NCBI GenBank assembly: GCA_035367155.1 | Contig: DAOSJI010000004.1 | Span: 1-62,401 of the forward strand | Source: Bacilli bacterium | Lineage (GTDB): Bacteria > Bacillota_I > Bacilli_A > RFN20 > CAG-826 | DNA length: 62,401 nt | Direction of reading: 5' to 3' | In this document: piece by piece, positions 32,975-43,338 of the stretch | How positions within the stretch are numbered: the first letter of the stretch is position 1 | Layout: every line of letters begins with the position of its first letter | Translations under genes and position numbers: made by a program | Notes under the pieces: generated by a model | The model's input: only the letters and a program-made list of their open reading frames with translations | Told to the model about the DNA's origin: nothing | Database searches by the model: none

Positions 32975-35900
32975 GTGGACAAAGTAACAAAACGTTTCTT
33001 AGACTCGATTTCTTTTGATTGCCAAGGTTTAGAAATAGAAATGAAAGGCTATCGAAAGGTTGATGATATATGGATCTATGATCTTAATTTAGAAGAACCA
33101 TGGTCATATAGTGATTTAGATCGTTTTCTTTCTTGTCTTGTTAATATTAATTATCCCTATAAAATAAATTTCTCATATCAAAAACCCCCTAAAGTTGAGG
33201 ATGCTATTACTATATTTGATCCTTGGTATAGTAAAAGAACTTATTTACCTAGTGATATAGAAATTAATATTGAGCAACCATCAGTTATCCAATTTGTTGC
33301 ACATAATGAAGTAGAGTTTAACAATTATAACGGAATAGTTCGAGATTTTAATGACCTTCTAGTAAGTATTTCATATCCCTTTATAGCTAAACTAATTTTA
33401 AAAGAAGTTAATAACGATGATGAATTTTATTTAGATGAACCAGATGAATTTACTTATGAGGAAGAAGGTGGTTATTATTATGATGATGAAATTCCACCTT
33501 ATGACGATGATGACTTGCCATATTATGATAACGAAGGAACAAGATTTAGTGCTAAAGTTACTGCTGAAATTGATGAGCGTTTAGTAGAAAACATGGCCAA
33601 AATGAAGGAAGAAAGGGCTAAAGCACTAAAAAGAGAATCATATATTCCTTTAGAAATTAATGAAATTTCCCTAAATGATGAAAAAGTTGATTTTGATGGA
33701 ATTATATTTAGTTATGAAGAAAAGTTTACTAAGAACCAAACATCTATTTTTATAATTGGTATAGCTAAGAACACTCATGCTATAAATGTGAAGGCTTTTG
33801 TTCATAAAAATAGTAAACAACTAGATTTAAGCGAACTAAGAAAGTTAAGAATTGGACAAAATGTTCGTGTAAAAGGTGTAGTAAAATTAGATTCCTATAG
33901 TAAACATATTGAAGTTGTTGCTCATTCAATTGACTCTTTAGTTCGCCCTGAACTTCGAAAAGATAATTATATTGGTCCTAAAAAGCGTATTGAACTTCAT
34001 GCTCATACAAAAATGTCAGTTATGGATGGGATTGGCACAGCAGAAAACTATATAGAAGCAGCAGAAGCAATGGGACATACCGCTCTTGCAATAACCGATC
34101 ATGGTGTAGTTCAAGCATTCCCTGAAATTGTCAAAAAAACAAAAGACAAGAATATTAAAATGATTTATGGTGCTGAACTATATATGATTGATACAAAACC
34201 AAATTTTATTATCAATCCTAGTCCAGTCTTATTAAGTTCAGCCTCATACACTGTTTTTGACTTTGAAACGACGGGTCTAAGCGCTAGATATGATCGAATA
34301 ATTGAATTTGGTGCAGTTCGTGTTGTAGGAGGTCTCGTTTCAAAGCGAATTAATATTCTAATTAATCCAGGAAACGACGTAACTTTATCACCAAAAACAA
34401 TTGAAATTACGAATATTAAACCTGCATTACTTCGAAATAAGCCGCAAATTGCAGATGTAATTGATGAAATACTTGAATTTATAGGTGATTCAATATTAGT
34501 TTCTCATAATGCTGAATTTGATGTTGGCTTTTTAAATGAAGCCTTAATTAGATTAGGTCGTCCGAAAATTACAAATCCTGTTATTGATACTTTACCTTTA
34601 TCTCGATATTTATTTCCTGAAGCAAGGGATCATCGCTTAGGTGCTCTAGCAAGAAACCTTGAAGTTTTCTATGACAAAACAAAAGCCCATAGAGCAGATT
34701 ATGACGCTGAAGTTTTAAATAATGTTTGGCAGGCGATGCTTGTAAAGTTAACACATGAAAATGAAACAATAAGACATATGGACTTAGAAAAACTTGAAAT
34801 TGATAATAGTGTTTATCGGCATCTTTTCCCATATCACATTGTAGTATTAGCAAAAAATCAACAAGGAATTAAAGACTTATACGAACTAATATCTTTATCT
34901 CATATTGATTATCTTGCAGAAGTTCCAAAAATTCCTCGCCATATAATAGAAAAATATCGAACAAACCTTCTTATAAGTCCTGCTTGTTTTAATGGAGAAA
35001 TATTTCAACTTGCAATGACCAAAAGTGAAGAAGATTTAATCGATGCAATGAGTTTTTATGACTATATAGAAATTCAACCTCCTGCTAATTATTCGCATTT
35101 AATTAACATGGGTCGAATTGAAGAAGAAAGAATGCTTTTCGTCTTCCTTAAAGATATTGTTAAAGCAGCTAAAAAGGCTGGAAAGTATATAGTAGCAACC
35201 GGTGATGCTCACTATGTTGATCCAAACGAAAAACCATTTCGTGATGTTTTAATTTCAGCTAAAGCAGTTGGAAACGTACCGCACCCCCTTCATCCCTACG
35301 ATAGAGACAATTACCCTCCATTTGAAAATCCTGATCAACATTACCGTACGACAGAAGAAATGCTTGAAGCCTTTACAATCCCTGAATTGTTCTCACTAGA
35401 AGAAGCAAAACAATATGTTATTGAAAACACACACCTTATTGCTAATCAAATCGATAATGTTAAACCTTTAAAAGAAAAGTTATACACACCAAAGATTGAA
35501 AACGTTGATACTTTACTTCGTCAAATCGTAGAAGAAAACGCTGTTTCTATGTATGGTTACCCACTTCCTGCCCTTATTAAAGATCGCCTTGATAAAGAAT
35601 TAGAAGGTATTATAGTTAACGGCTTTGCTGTTATCTATTACTTATCTTATAAAATCGTTAAAAAAGCAGAAAGTGATGGTTATATGGTTGGAAGCCGAGG
35701 TTCAGTTGGCTCAAGCCTTGTCGCGACAATGGCAGGTATTACAGAAGTTAATCCACTTATCCCTCACTATCGTTGCCCTCATTGTAAATATAGCGATTTT
35801 GAAGTAGCTAGCACAGTTAAAAGCGGCTTTGATTTACCTAATAAAAAATGTCCAAAATGTGGTCATGATTTAATTGGTGACGGGCAAAATATCCCGTTTG

Positions 35901-37390
35901 AAACTTTCTTAGGCTTTAAAGCAGATAAAGTACCTGATATTGATTTAAACTTTCCTGGTGATTATCAAGCAAGAGCTCATATGTACACTCGTGAACTTTT
36001 AGGTGAATCTAATGTTTATCGAGCAGGTACAATTGAAACGATTAAGGAAAAAACTGCTGTTGGTTATGTTAAAGGATTTTTTGAACGACAAGGGGTTGAT
36101 CCTGCTACAATAAATCCTGCACAGATCAATTATCTTGCTTATGGTATTACAAATGTCAAAAGAACATCCGGCCAACATCCAGGCGGTATTGTAATTATTC
36201 CTGATGGTTATGATGTTTCTGACTTTACGCCTGTTCAATATCCTGCTAACGACATTGATGCAGAATGGAAAACGACTCACTTAGACTATCGATCAATACA
36301 CGATAATATTTTAAAGTTTGACCTTCTAGGTCACGTTGATCCTCTTGCACTAAAAATGATGGGAGAAATGACTGGTATTGATCCAGCAAGTCTACCATTT
36401 AATGATAGTAAAGTTCTAAGTTTATTTAGTTCTCCAGAGGCTCTTAACTTAAATCATAATTATTTAGAAGAAACAACAGGTGCTTTAGGATTACCTGAAT
36501 TTGGCACCGAGTTTGTAAGAAGATTACTAACTGCTGCAAACCCTAAAACATTTAACGATCTTCTTATTATTTCAGGTTTAAGTCATGGAACAAATGTTTG
36601 GACAGGTAATGCTGAAAGATTAATTGCTAATAAAATTACAGACTTAAACGGTGTTATAGGATGTCGTGATGATATTATGACATATTTAATTAGTCGCGGG
36701 ATTGAAGCAGAAGATGCTTTTATAATCATGGAAACCGTTAGAAAAGAAGGGAGAAAAATTACTTCTTCACAAGAAAGGCTAATGTTAAGTCACGGCGTTC
36801 CCCAATATTATGTAGATAGCTGTAATATGATTGAATATCTTTTCCCAAGAGCACACGCTACAGCCTATGTCATGATGGCAGTCCGGGTAGGATGGTATAA
36901 AGTTTATCGACCTCTTGCCTACTATGCGACATTCTTTTCGGTTAGGTGTCGCCAGTATGATATTAAATCAATGACCAAAGGTACCGAAGCAATTAAGAAG
37001 CGATTAAAAGAATGTGAAGAAAAATTAAAGAGTGCAGGTGGTAAAGATGCTAAAGAGAAAGATTTAGAAAGAACGCTCCAAATCGCACTCGAATTTGCAG
37101 ATCGTGGCTATAAATTTACAAATATTGATCTTTATAAAAGTGATGGGACTACCTTTGTTATAGATGAAGAAAATAAAGCACTTATTCCTCCCTTTAATAC
37201 AATTGATGGTTTAGGTGATAATACTGCTATCTCAGTTGTAGAAGCAAGAAAAGATGGAGAGTTTATTTCAATTGAAGAATTAGTTGAAAGAACAAGACTA
37301 AATAGTCAAAATATTGAAAGAATGCGCGAACTAGGCGTATTGAAAAACTTACCAGAAAAGAATCAACTTAATTTATTTGATTTCTTTTAA
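32975..37390 (+). CDS. polC: DNA polymerase III alpha subunit, PolC type
   Basis: GTG start after AAGGAGG. PHP domain (ELHAHTKMSVMDG). Inserted 3'-5' exonuclease (FDFETTGL...HNAEFDVGFL). Zn-finger CPHCKY...CPKCG. Total 1471 aa. Confidence 0.95.
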   Translation: MDKVTKRFLDSISFDCQGLEIEMKGYRKVDDIWIYDLNLEEPWSYSDLDRFLSCLVNINYPYKINFSYQKPPKVEDAITIFDPWYSKRTYLPSDIEINIEQPSVIQFVAHNEVEFNNYNGIVRDFNDLLVSISYPFIAKLILKEVNNDDEFYLDEPDEFTYEEEGGYYYDDEIPPYDDDDLPYYDNEGTRFSAKVTAEIDERLVENMAKMKEERAKALKRESYIPLEINEISLNDEKVDFDGIIFSYEEKFTKNQTSIFIIGIAKNTHAINVKAFVHKNSKQLDLSELRKLRIGQNVRVKGVVKLDSYSKHIEVVAHSIDSLVRPELRKDNYIGPKKRIELHAHTKMSVMDGIGTAENYIEAAEAMGHTALAITDHGVVQAFPEIVKKTKDKNIKMIYGAELYMIDTKPNFIINPSPVLLSSASYTVFDFETTGLSARYDRIIEFGAVRVVGGLVSKRINILINPGNDVTLSPKTIEITNIKPALLRNKPQIADVIDEILEFIGDSILVSHNAEFDVGFLNEALIRLGRPKITNPVIDTLPLSRYLFPEARDHRLGALARNLEVFYDKTKAHRADYDAEVLNNVWQAMLVKLTHENETIRHMDLEKLEIDNSVYRHLFPYHIVVLAKNQQGIKDLYELISLSHIDYLAEVPKIPRHIIEKYRTNLLISPACFNGEIFQLAMTKSEEDLIDAMSFYDYIEIQPPANYSHLINMGRIEEERMLFVFLKDIVKAAKKAGKYIVATGDAHYVDPNEKPFRDVLISAKAVGNVPHPLHPYDRDNYPPFENPDQHYRTTEEMLEAFTIPELFSLEEAKQYVIENTHLIANQIDNVKPLKEKLYTPKIENVDTLLRQIVEENAVSMYGYPLPALIKDRLDKELEGIIVNGFAVIYYLSYKIVKKAESDGYMVGSRGSVGSSLVATMAGITEVNPLIPHYRCPHCKYSDFEVASTVKSGFDLPNKKCPKCGHDLIGDGQNIPFETFLGFKADKVPDIDLNFPGDYQARAHMYTRELLGESNVYRAGTIETIKEKTAVGYVKGFFERQGVDPATINPAQINYLAYGITNVKRTSGQHPGGIVIIPDGYDVSDFTPVQYPANDIDAEWKTTHLDYRSIHDNILKFDLLGHVDPLALKMMGEMTGIDPASLPFNDSKVLSLFSSPEALNLNHNYLEETTGALGLPEFGTEFVRRLLTAANPKTFNDLLIISGLSHGTNVWTGNAERLIANKITDLNGVIGCRDDIMTYLISRGIEAEDAFIIMETVRKEGRKITSSQERLMLSHGVPQYYVDSCNMIEYLFPRAHATAYVMMAVRVGWYKVYRPLAYYATFFSVRCRQYDIKSMTKGTEAIKKRLKECEEKLKSAGGKDAKEKDLERTLQIALEFADRGYKFTNIDLYKSDGTTFVIDEENKALIPPFNTIDGLGDNTAISVVEARKDGEFISIEELVERTRLNSQNIERMRELGVLKNLPEKNQLNLFDFF

Positions 37391-37416
37391 GGATTATTTA
37401 TACTAGATAAAGTTGT

Positions 37417-37493
37417 CGGGACGTAGCACAGCTTGGTAGTGCGTCTGGTTCGGGACCAGAAGGTCGTGAGTTCAAATCTCATCGTTCCGACCA
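37417..37493 (+). tRNA. tRNA-Pro (anticodon CGG)
   Basis: Cloverleaf: acceptor CGGGACG/CGTTCCG, anticodon arm TCTGG-TTCGGGA-CCAGA, T arm GTGAG-TTCAAAT-CTCAT, encoded CCA. Confidence 0.9.
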
Positions 37494-37497
37494 TTTT

Positions 37498-37523
37498 AAA
37501 AAAACGCCATTTGGCGTTTTTTT
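37498..37523 (+). terminator. intrinsic terminator after tRNA-Pro
   Basis: AAAACGCCA-TT-TGGCGTTTT followed by a T run. Confidence 0.8.
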
Positions 37524-37933
37524 ATGTTAAATCAAGACTTTGGGCATTATACTAAATAAAACCATTTTCCTTACAATAAGCATCAATTGTCTTAGATAAG
37601 CTTCTATTAGCATGATACTCAAGAAGATGAAACACTATATTCTTTCAGTTCTTTTGGTTTACAACTTAATAAAGAAAAAAGTAGAGAGCAAATAATAAGT
37701 AATCTTTTTTTTCTACTTAACATAAGTTTCAACATAAGTTCGTTTAATTTATTAAAGTTTTTTAAAATTAAATAAATTTTCCTCTTAATTATTATCATAT
37801 ATTTTAAATTTTTTTTGACAAAAAATAAGGGTAAAAAATAACAATTTATGGCTTGTTATGAGTATAAGATTAGTGGACTTGCCTTTTTAAAAAGTTTATA
37901 ATATGCAGGAAAACCTAAGAAGGAACCAAATTT

Positions 37934-39751
37934 ATGATTATAGTTTACATTATCGACTCTTATGGCGAATTCTCAAATGGAACGACAATGACTGCCGTTC
38001 GGTCAAAACAAAAATTAGAAGAAATGGGACATGAAGTACGCGTTGTCTCAGTTAGCAATATAGAAGGTAAGGAATATTACCAACTTAAACAAAGATATAT
38101 TCCAATTGTTACGCCAGTATCAAAGAAACAAAATACTTATTTTGCAAAACCAGATAAAAAAGTTTTAAGAAAAGCATTTGAGGGTGCAGATGTTGTTCAT
38201 TTCTTTTTTCCATGGAAATCTGCTCAAGTTGCTATTAAAGTGGCTAAGGAAATGGGAATTGCGGTTACTGGTTCATATCACATGTGTCCTGAACATGTCG
38301 CTTATGGTTCAGGGATGGGTAAGTTTTTTGCACCTGTTACATGGTTTTTGTATAAATATTTTAAACATCGCGTTTATAAAGGAATTGATCGAGTCCATTG
38401 CCCTAGTCCTGTAATGGCTAATAGATTAAAAGAGCAACGATATAAAAATATTCTTCACCCAATTACTAATGGAGTTGGAAAACAATTTTTTATTGATGTT
38501 GATAGACCTAATAATCCAGAAGTTTTTCAAATTCTAATAATCGGCCGTCTTTCGCTTGAAAAGCGACAAGAAGTTTTATTAAAAGCGATTAAGCATTCAA
38601 AATATAAAGATAAGATTAAATTAGTAATTGCGGGACAAGGTTCAAAAGAAAAGAAACTAAAACGAATGGCAAAACGCTACAAATTAAATGTAGAATTTGG
38701 ATTTTACAAGCAAAAAGACTTGATAAAAAAGATAGCTGAAAGTGATTTATATGTTCATACAGCAGAAGTTGAAACTGAAGGGATCTCAGTTTTAGAAGCG
38801 CTCGCTGGAGGTTTAGTACCAGTTTTAGCAAATACGCCTTTTAGTGCACCAGGACAAATTTTTGCTCTTGATGAACGAAGTTTATTTAAACTAAACAAAC
38901 ATAAAGATCTTGCAAAGAAAATTGAATATTGGATTGAAAATCCTGCTGAACGACAAAAAATGAGTAAAGAATATCAAAAGTTCATGCAAAACTTTAATAT
39001 TGATACTGCAGTTAAGAGATTGTATGAGATGTTTGTTGCAGCAATTCATGATGAAAAAATAAGACTTATTGAAAAAAGAGATAGTGTTAAAGGTTATGTA
39101 AAAAAGTTAAGACCTAATAAATTTAAAATGGCGATTGTAAAAACGCTTTATTTTATTTTTATGCCAGTTGCTATAGGGTTATGGTATGTTTTTAAAGGTT
39201 TAAGAATTAATGGAAGAAAGAACATAAAAGAAATAAGAACAGGTGGAATTATCATTTCAAACCATGTTCATGATTATGATTCAATGATGAATGCATGTGC
39301 GACATATCCGCGTTTAGCAGTCTATACTGCAATACCAGAAAATTTAGAACATGATTCTTATGGTAAATTTGTTCGTCTTTTTGGTACAATTCCAATTCCT
39401 CGTAATATTGAAGAAACAAAAGTTTTTGTCAGCGAATGTACGACCAAGGTTAAAAACGGTGAATTAGTTTTTATCTATCCAGAGGGCAATCTTCTTTATA
39501 AATATAGAGATTTACAACCATTTAAAAAAGGTGCATTTCACATAGCTCATAATGCAATGGTTCCAATCGTTCCAACAAGAATTAATTTTGTAAAGAAGAA
39601 AAAGAAGAACGGAAAATATAAAAAACGTATAATTCTTAATGTTGGAAAGCCCATTTATCCTAGTTACTATATGTTAAAAAGAGACTCGATTGATGATCTT
39701 TTAGATATGTCTTATCAAGCAATGGAAACCTTGAAAGAAACAAGTGAATAA
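37934..39751 (+). CDS. fusion protein: N-terminal GT4-family glycosyltransferase (diacylglycerol glycosyltransferase-like) plus C-terminal PlsC/LPLAT-type acyltransferase
   Basis: N-terminal half: GT-B fold with the E-x7-E motif (ETEGISVLEA). After one hydrophobic segment come the LPLAT blocks NHVHDYD (H-x4-D), FGTIPIPR, YPEGN and PIVP. Confidence 0.75.
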   Translation: MIIVYIIDSYGEFSNGTTMTAVRSKQKLEEMGHEVRVVSVSNIEGKEYYQLKQRYIPIVTPVSKKQNTYFAKPDKKVLRKAFEGADVVHFFFPWKSAQVAIKVAKEMGIAVTGSYHMCPEHVAYGSGMGKFFAPVTWFLYKYFKHRVYKGIDRVHCPSPVMANRLKEQRYKNILHPITNGVGKQFFIDVDRPNNPEVFQILIIGRLSLEKRQEVLLKAIKHSKYKDKIKLVIAGQGSKEKKLKRMAKRYKLNVEFGFYKQKDLIKKIAESDLYVHTAEVETEGISVLEALAGGLVPVLANTPFSAPGQIFALDERSLFKLNKHKDLAKKIEYWIENPAERQKMSKEYQKFMQNFNIDTAVKRLYEMFVAAIHDEKIRLIEKRDSVKGYVKKLRPNKFKMAIVKTLYFIFMPVAIGLWYVFKGLRINGRKNIKEIRTGGIIISNHVHDYDSMMNACATYPRLAVYTAIPENLEHDSYGKFVRLFGTIPIPRNIEETKVFVSECTTKVKNGELVFIYPEGNLLYKYRDLQPFKKGAFHIAHNAMVPIVPTRINFVKKKKKNGKYKKRIILNVGKPIYPSYYMLKRDSIDDLLDMSYQAMETLKETSE

Positions 39752-39819
39752 AAATAACAAATATATTATTCAATTGAAAATATATTATTAGTGATATAAT
39801 ATTTTTCGAGGAACTTAAA

Positions 39820-41304
39820 TTGACGAAAAAAGATCAAAAACAACTTAAAACACCATACTTTACAAAACTTAAGGAATATGCAGAATCTGACCCTACATCC
39901 TTAGATGTTCCAGGTCATAAATTAGGTCGTTTAAATAATGAGCTAGCAGAATATGCTGGTCATAATTTTTTACGTTTAGATGCTAATGGACCTCGAGGTC
40001 TAGATAACATGTCAAATCCTAAAGGTGTTATTAAAGAAGCTCAAAGTTTAATGGCTGAAGCCTTCGGAGCAGATAGGTCATATTTTTTAACTAATGGAAC
40101 AACACAAGGTATTTTAGCGGTTATTATGTCTGCGTGTAGAGCAAATGAAAAAATAATTATTCCTCGAAATGTTCATAAATCAGTTATAAATGCCCTAATT
40201 TTAAGTGGAGCAAAACCGATCTTTGTTAAACCAAATATTGATAAAACATTAGGTATTGCTAATGGAGTGTCTATAAACGCAATAAAAAGAGCAATTGATG
40301 AAAACCCCGACGCTAAAGTTGTTTTTGTAATAAATCCAACTTATTTTGGTGTTGTTAGTGATTTAAAAGAGATTGTTAATCTTGCTCATAAGAAAGATAT
40401 GAAAGTAATCGTTGATGAAGCTCATGGAGGACAATTTTATTTTTCCAAAAAACTTCCTTTTGGTGCAATTGAAGCTGGAGCAGACGTAAGTATTGTTTCT
40501 ATTCATAAGACAGTTGGTTCTCTAACTCAAAGTTCTGCCATTTTAACAAAGGGTGATCGTGTTGATCATAACCGACTTCAAGCTACACTTAATATTTTAA
40601 ATTCAACATCACCTAGTTCTTTATTATTAGCAAGTTTAGATGTTGCAAGAAAAGACATTTATTTTAATGGAAATAAGAAGATTAATAGATTAATTAATAT
40701 GACTGAAAAGGCACGAGAAAAAATTAATCAAATCCCTGGAGTAGAAGCTATAACGGAAGACTATTTTAAATCAAAGGGTGAATTTGGTTATGACAATACT
40801 AGAATTATTGTTAAAGTCTCAGATCTTGGAATTACAGGTTTTGAAGTCTATAATGAATTAAGAGATCGCTACAATATTCAACTAGAACTTGCAGAAACGC
40901 ACTTGATTTTAGCAGTTTTAACAATGGGAACAGAAGAAAAAGATTTAAATCATTTTGTAAGTTCGCTTAAGAAAATAGCTAAAAAATATTTAAAATTGAA
41001 TCTAGATCCAATCGTTCAAAAACCTGTTTATAATGAACCTATATATTATATGAGGCCTCGTGAAGCCTACCATGCATATAAAAAATATGTTTCTATTGAT
41101 GAGGCTAAGGATGAGGTCGCGGCGGAATCAATTATGATTTATCCGCCTGGTATTCCAGTTGTCATTCCTGGTGAAGTAATAAGTGAAGAAATCATCAATG
41201 ACTTAAAAGATTATTTAAAGAAGGGTTCAACAATTTTAAGTGAATCAGAATCGGGATTTATTAAAGTTGTAGATTTAGAAAATACTCATTCGGAGGAAGA
41301 TTAA
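39820..41304 (+). CDS. speA: PLP-dependent Orn/Lys/Arg decarboxylase, probably arginine decarboxylase (SpeA, Firmicutes type)
   Basis: TTG start after GAGGAA. PLP lysine box SIHKTVGSLTQSS. Directly followed by agmatinase. Confidence 0.75.
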   Translation: MTKKDQKQLKTPYFTKLKEYAESDPTSLDVPGHKLGRLNNELAEYAGHNFLRLDANGPRGLDNMSNPKGVIKEAQSLMAEAFGADRSYFLTNGTTQGILAVIMSACRANEKIIIPRNVHKSVINALILSGAKPIFVKPNIDKTLGIANGVSINAIKRAIDENPDAKVVFVINPTYFGVVSDLKEIVNLAHKKDMKVIVDEAHGGQFYFSKKLPFGAIEAGADVSIVSIHKTVGSLTQSSAILTKGDRVDHNRLQATLNILNSTSPSSLLLASLDVARKDIYFNGNKKINRLINMTEKAREKINQIPGVEAITEDYFKSKGEFGYDNTRIIVKVSDLGITGFEVYNELRDRYNIQLELAETHLILAVLTMGTEEKDLNHFVSSLKKIAKKYLKLNLDPIVQKPVYNEPIYYMRPREAYHAYKKYVSIDEAKDEVAAESIMIYPPGIPVVIPGEVISEEIINDLKDYLKKGSTILSESESGFIKVVDLENTHSEED

Positions 41305-42165
41305 ATGAAAAAAGTCGATTTATCGTTTCAAAGTTGCAATAGCGAATACAAAGAAAGTAAGGTAGTTATTTTTAGTGCCCCACTTGATACAACAACATCG
41401 TATCGACCAGGAACTCGCTTTGCTGGTAATGCTATTAGAGTAGAATCAAAAGGAATTGAATGGTATAGCCCGTACCAAGAGGATAATCTTAAAAATTACA
41501 AGACTTGCGATATTGGTGATTTAGAGTTGCCAATCGGAGATGTTAAAACCTCGCTAGATATTATCTATAAGACAACGAAGAAAATTATTAAAGATAACAA
41601 ATTACCTATGATGGTCGGCGGGGAACATTTGGTAACTTATGCAGTTATTAAAGCATTATTTGAAAAATATCCAAATTTACACATAATTCATTTAGATGCT
41701 CATACCGACCTTAGAGAAAGTTTTTTAGGAATGAAATTTTCTCATGCTACCTTTATGAGACATGTACATAATTTTGTTGGAGATAATAAAATTTATCAAT
41801 TTGGTATTAGAAGTGGTGACGAAGAAGAATTTAAATGGGTTAAGGAAGGTCATGTCTATCAACAAAAATTTGATTTAAATGGGTTAGATGAAATTGTAAA
41901 AAAACTAAAAGATGTTCCTGTATATATTACAATTGACCTAGATGTACTTGATCCAAGTGTTTTCCCTGGTACTGGTACACCTGAACCTGGTGGAATTACC
42001 TATAAGGAATTATTGTGGGCTTTTGATCAATTTAGTAAATTAAACTGTATTGTTGGAGCAGATATAGTGGAATTATCTCCTATGCTTGATCCAAGTCAAA
42101 CTTCTACAATTGTTGCAGCCAAAAGCTTAAGAGAACTAGTATTAATTTTACAAAAACAAAAATAA
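41305..42165 (+). CDS. speB: agmatinase (ureohydrolase family)
   Basis: Mn-binding motifs GGEHLVT, HLDAHTDL and DLDVLDP. Confidence 0.85.
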   Translation: MKKVDLSFQSCNSEYKESKVVIFSAPLDTTTSYRPGTRFAGNAIRVESKGIEWYSPYQEDNLKNYKTCDIGDLELPIGDVKTSLDIIYKTTKKIIKDNKLPMMVGGEHLVTYAVIKALFEKYPNLHIIHLDAHTDLRESFLGMKFSHATFMRHVHNFVGDNKIYQFGIRSGDEEEFKWVKEGHVYQQKFDLNGLDEIVKKLKDVPVYITIDLDVLDPSVFPGTGTPEPGGITYKELLWAFDQFSKLNCIVGADIVELSPMLDPSQTSTIVAAKSLRELVLILQKQK

Positions 42166-42304
42166 ATCGTATTTATGGTTAATTTGTAAAAAGGGACTCA
42201 AAAATGTAGTCCCTTTTTAAGTATAAAAGAGTGACAAGATATTGATAAATGGTATAATACAGTTCAGCTTTCATTAAAATGAAAGCTAATAAGGAGGAAA
42301 AAAT

Positions 42305-43174
42305 ATGAAAAAATTTAGTATTGTGATTAACTCAAGCACTGACCTAACAGAAGATTTAAGAAAAGAACTTAACTTGGTTGTTGCTCCTTTAAAATTCATC
42401 ATGGATGGAAAAGAATATGTTAATCATCTTGACTATCGTAGTTTAGGTGTTAAGAAATTTTACGAATTACTTAGAAAAGGTGTTGTTGCCACAACATCGC
42501 AGTTAAATGTTAATGAATATATGGAAATCATTGAACAAGAATTTAAAAAGGGTAACGATGTATTAATTCTTTCACTATCTAGTGCTCTTTCAAGCAATTA
42601 TAATAGTGCTCGCCTTGCAGCAGAAGCTTTTGAAGGACACAAGCGTAAAGTTTATCTAGTTGATACAAAAGCTGCTTCTTTAGGAGAAGGCTTAATTGCC
42701 TATGCAGCTGCGAAGAAAAGAGAAGAAGGTGCAACAATTGAAGAAACTTATAAGTATATTGAGCAAATTAAGTACAATGTTGCTCACTGGTTTACGGTAG
42801 ACGATTTAATGTTTTTAAAACGAGGAGGTCGTTTAGGCGGTGCAACTGCAGTTTTAGGTACATTATTATCAATTAAACCTATTTTACATGTTGATATAGA
42901 GGGAAGATTAGTAGCAATGGAAAAAGCCCGTGGAAGAAAACGTGCTATTCAAACCCTTGTTGAAAAAGTTAAGGAAACACATGATCCAAAACTTCCAAAA
43001 GATGTCTTTATTTCTCATGGCGATGACTTAGAATCAGCAGAAGTATTAAAAAAACAGATCGAAAGTTTAAATTTAGGTTTAAAAGTGAATTTAATTAATC
43101 ACATTGGTCCTGTTATTGGAGCTCATGCAGGTCCAGGTACTTTGGCCGTATTTTTCTTTGCGACACAAAGATAA
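42305..43174 (+). CDS. DegV family fatty-acid-binding protein (FakB-type)
   Basis: Typical DegV length and motifs (SSTDL..., TSQLNV, GPGTLAVFF). Confidence 0.85.
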   Translation: MKKFSIVINSSTDLTEDLRKELNLVVAPLKFIMDGKEYVNHLDYRSLGVKKFYELLRKGVVATTSQLNVNEYMEIIEQEFKKGNDVLILSLSSALSSNYNSARLAAEAFEGHKRKVYLVDTKAASLGEGLIAYAAAKKREEGATIEETYKYIEQIKYNVAHWFTVDDLMFLKRGGRLGGATAVLGTLLSIKPILHVDIEGRLVAMEKARGRKRAIQTLVEKVKETHDPKLPKDVFISHGDDLESAEVLKKQIESLNLGLKVNLINHIGPVIGAHAGPGTLAVFFFATQR

Positions 43175-43195
43175 TTATTGCCAAAATTTAAAATT

Positions 43196-43222
43196 AAAAG
43201 CGAGCTCGTGCTCGCTTTTTTT
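43196..43222. terminator. bidirectional intrinsic terminator between degV and tRNA-Arg
   Basis: AAAA-GCGAGC-TCGT-GCTCGC-TTTTTTT. Confidence 0.8.
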
Positions 43223-43223
43223 A

Positions 43224-43301
43224 TGGCGATGCATCCCTGACTCGAACAGGGGACCTTCCGCTTAGGAGGCGAATGCTCTATCCAAACTGAGCTAATGCAC
43301 C
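43224..43301 (-). tRNA. tRNA-Arg (anticodon CCU)
   Basis: The reverse complement folds as a cloverleaf: acceptor GGTGCAT/ATGCATC, anticodon loop CTCCTAA, T arm CCCTG-TTCGAGT-CAGGG, encoded CCA. Confidence 0.85.
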
Positions 43302-43338
43302 ACAGCCATATTTTGTAACTTTAATAGCATTTTTGCAA

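Noticed and set aside
37524-37933. The 410-bp AT-rich gap between tRNA-Pro and the glycosyltransferase fusion, inspected for a gene remnant, small RNA or att site.
   Set aside because: It contains only weak hairpins and A/T runs. There is no ORF, promoter-terminator pair or repeat that I can support.
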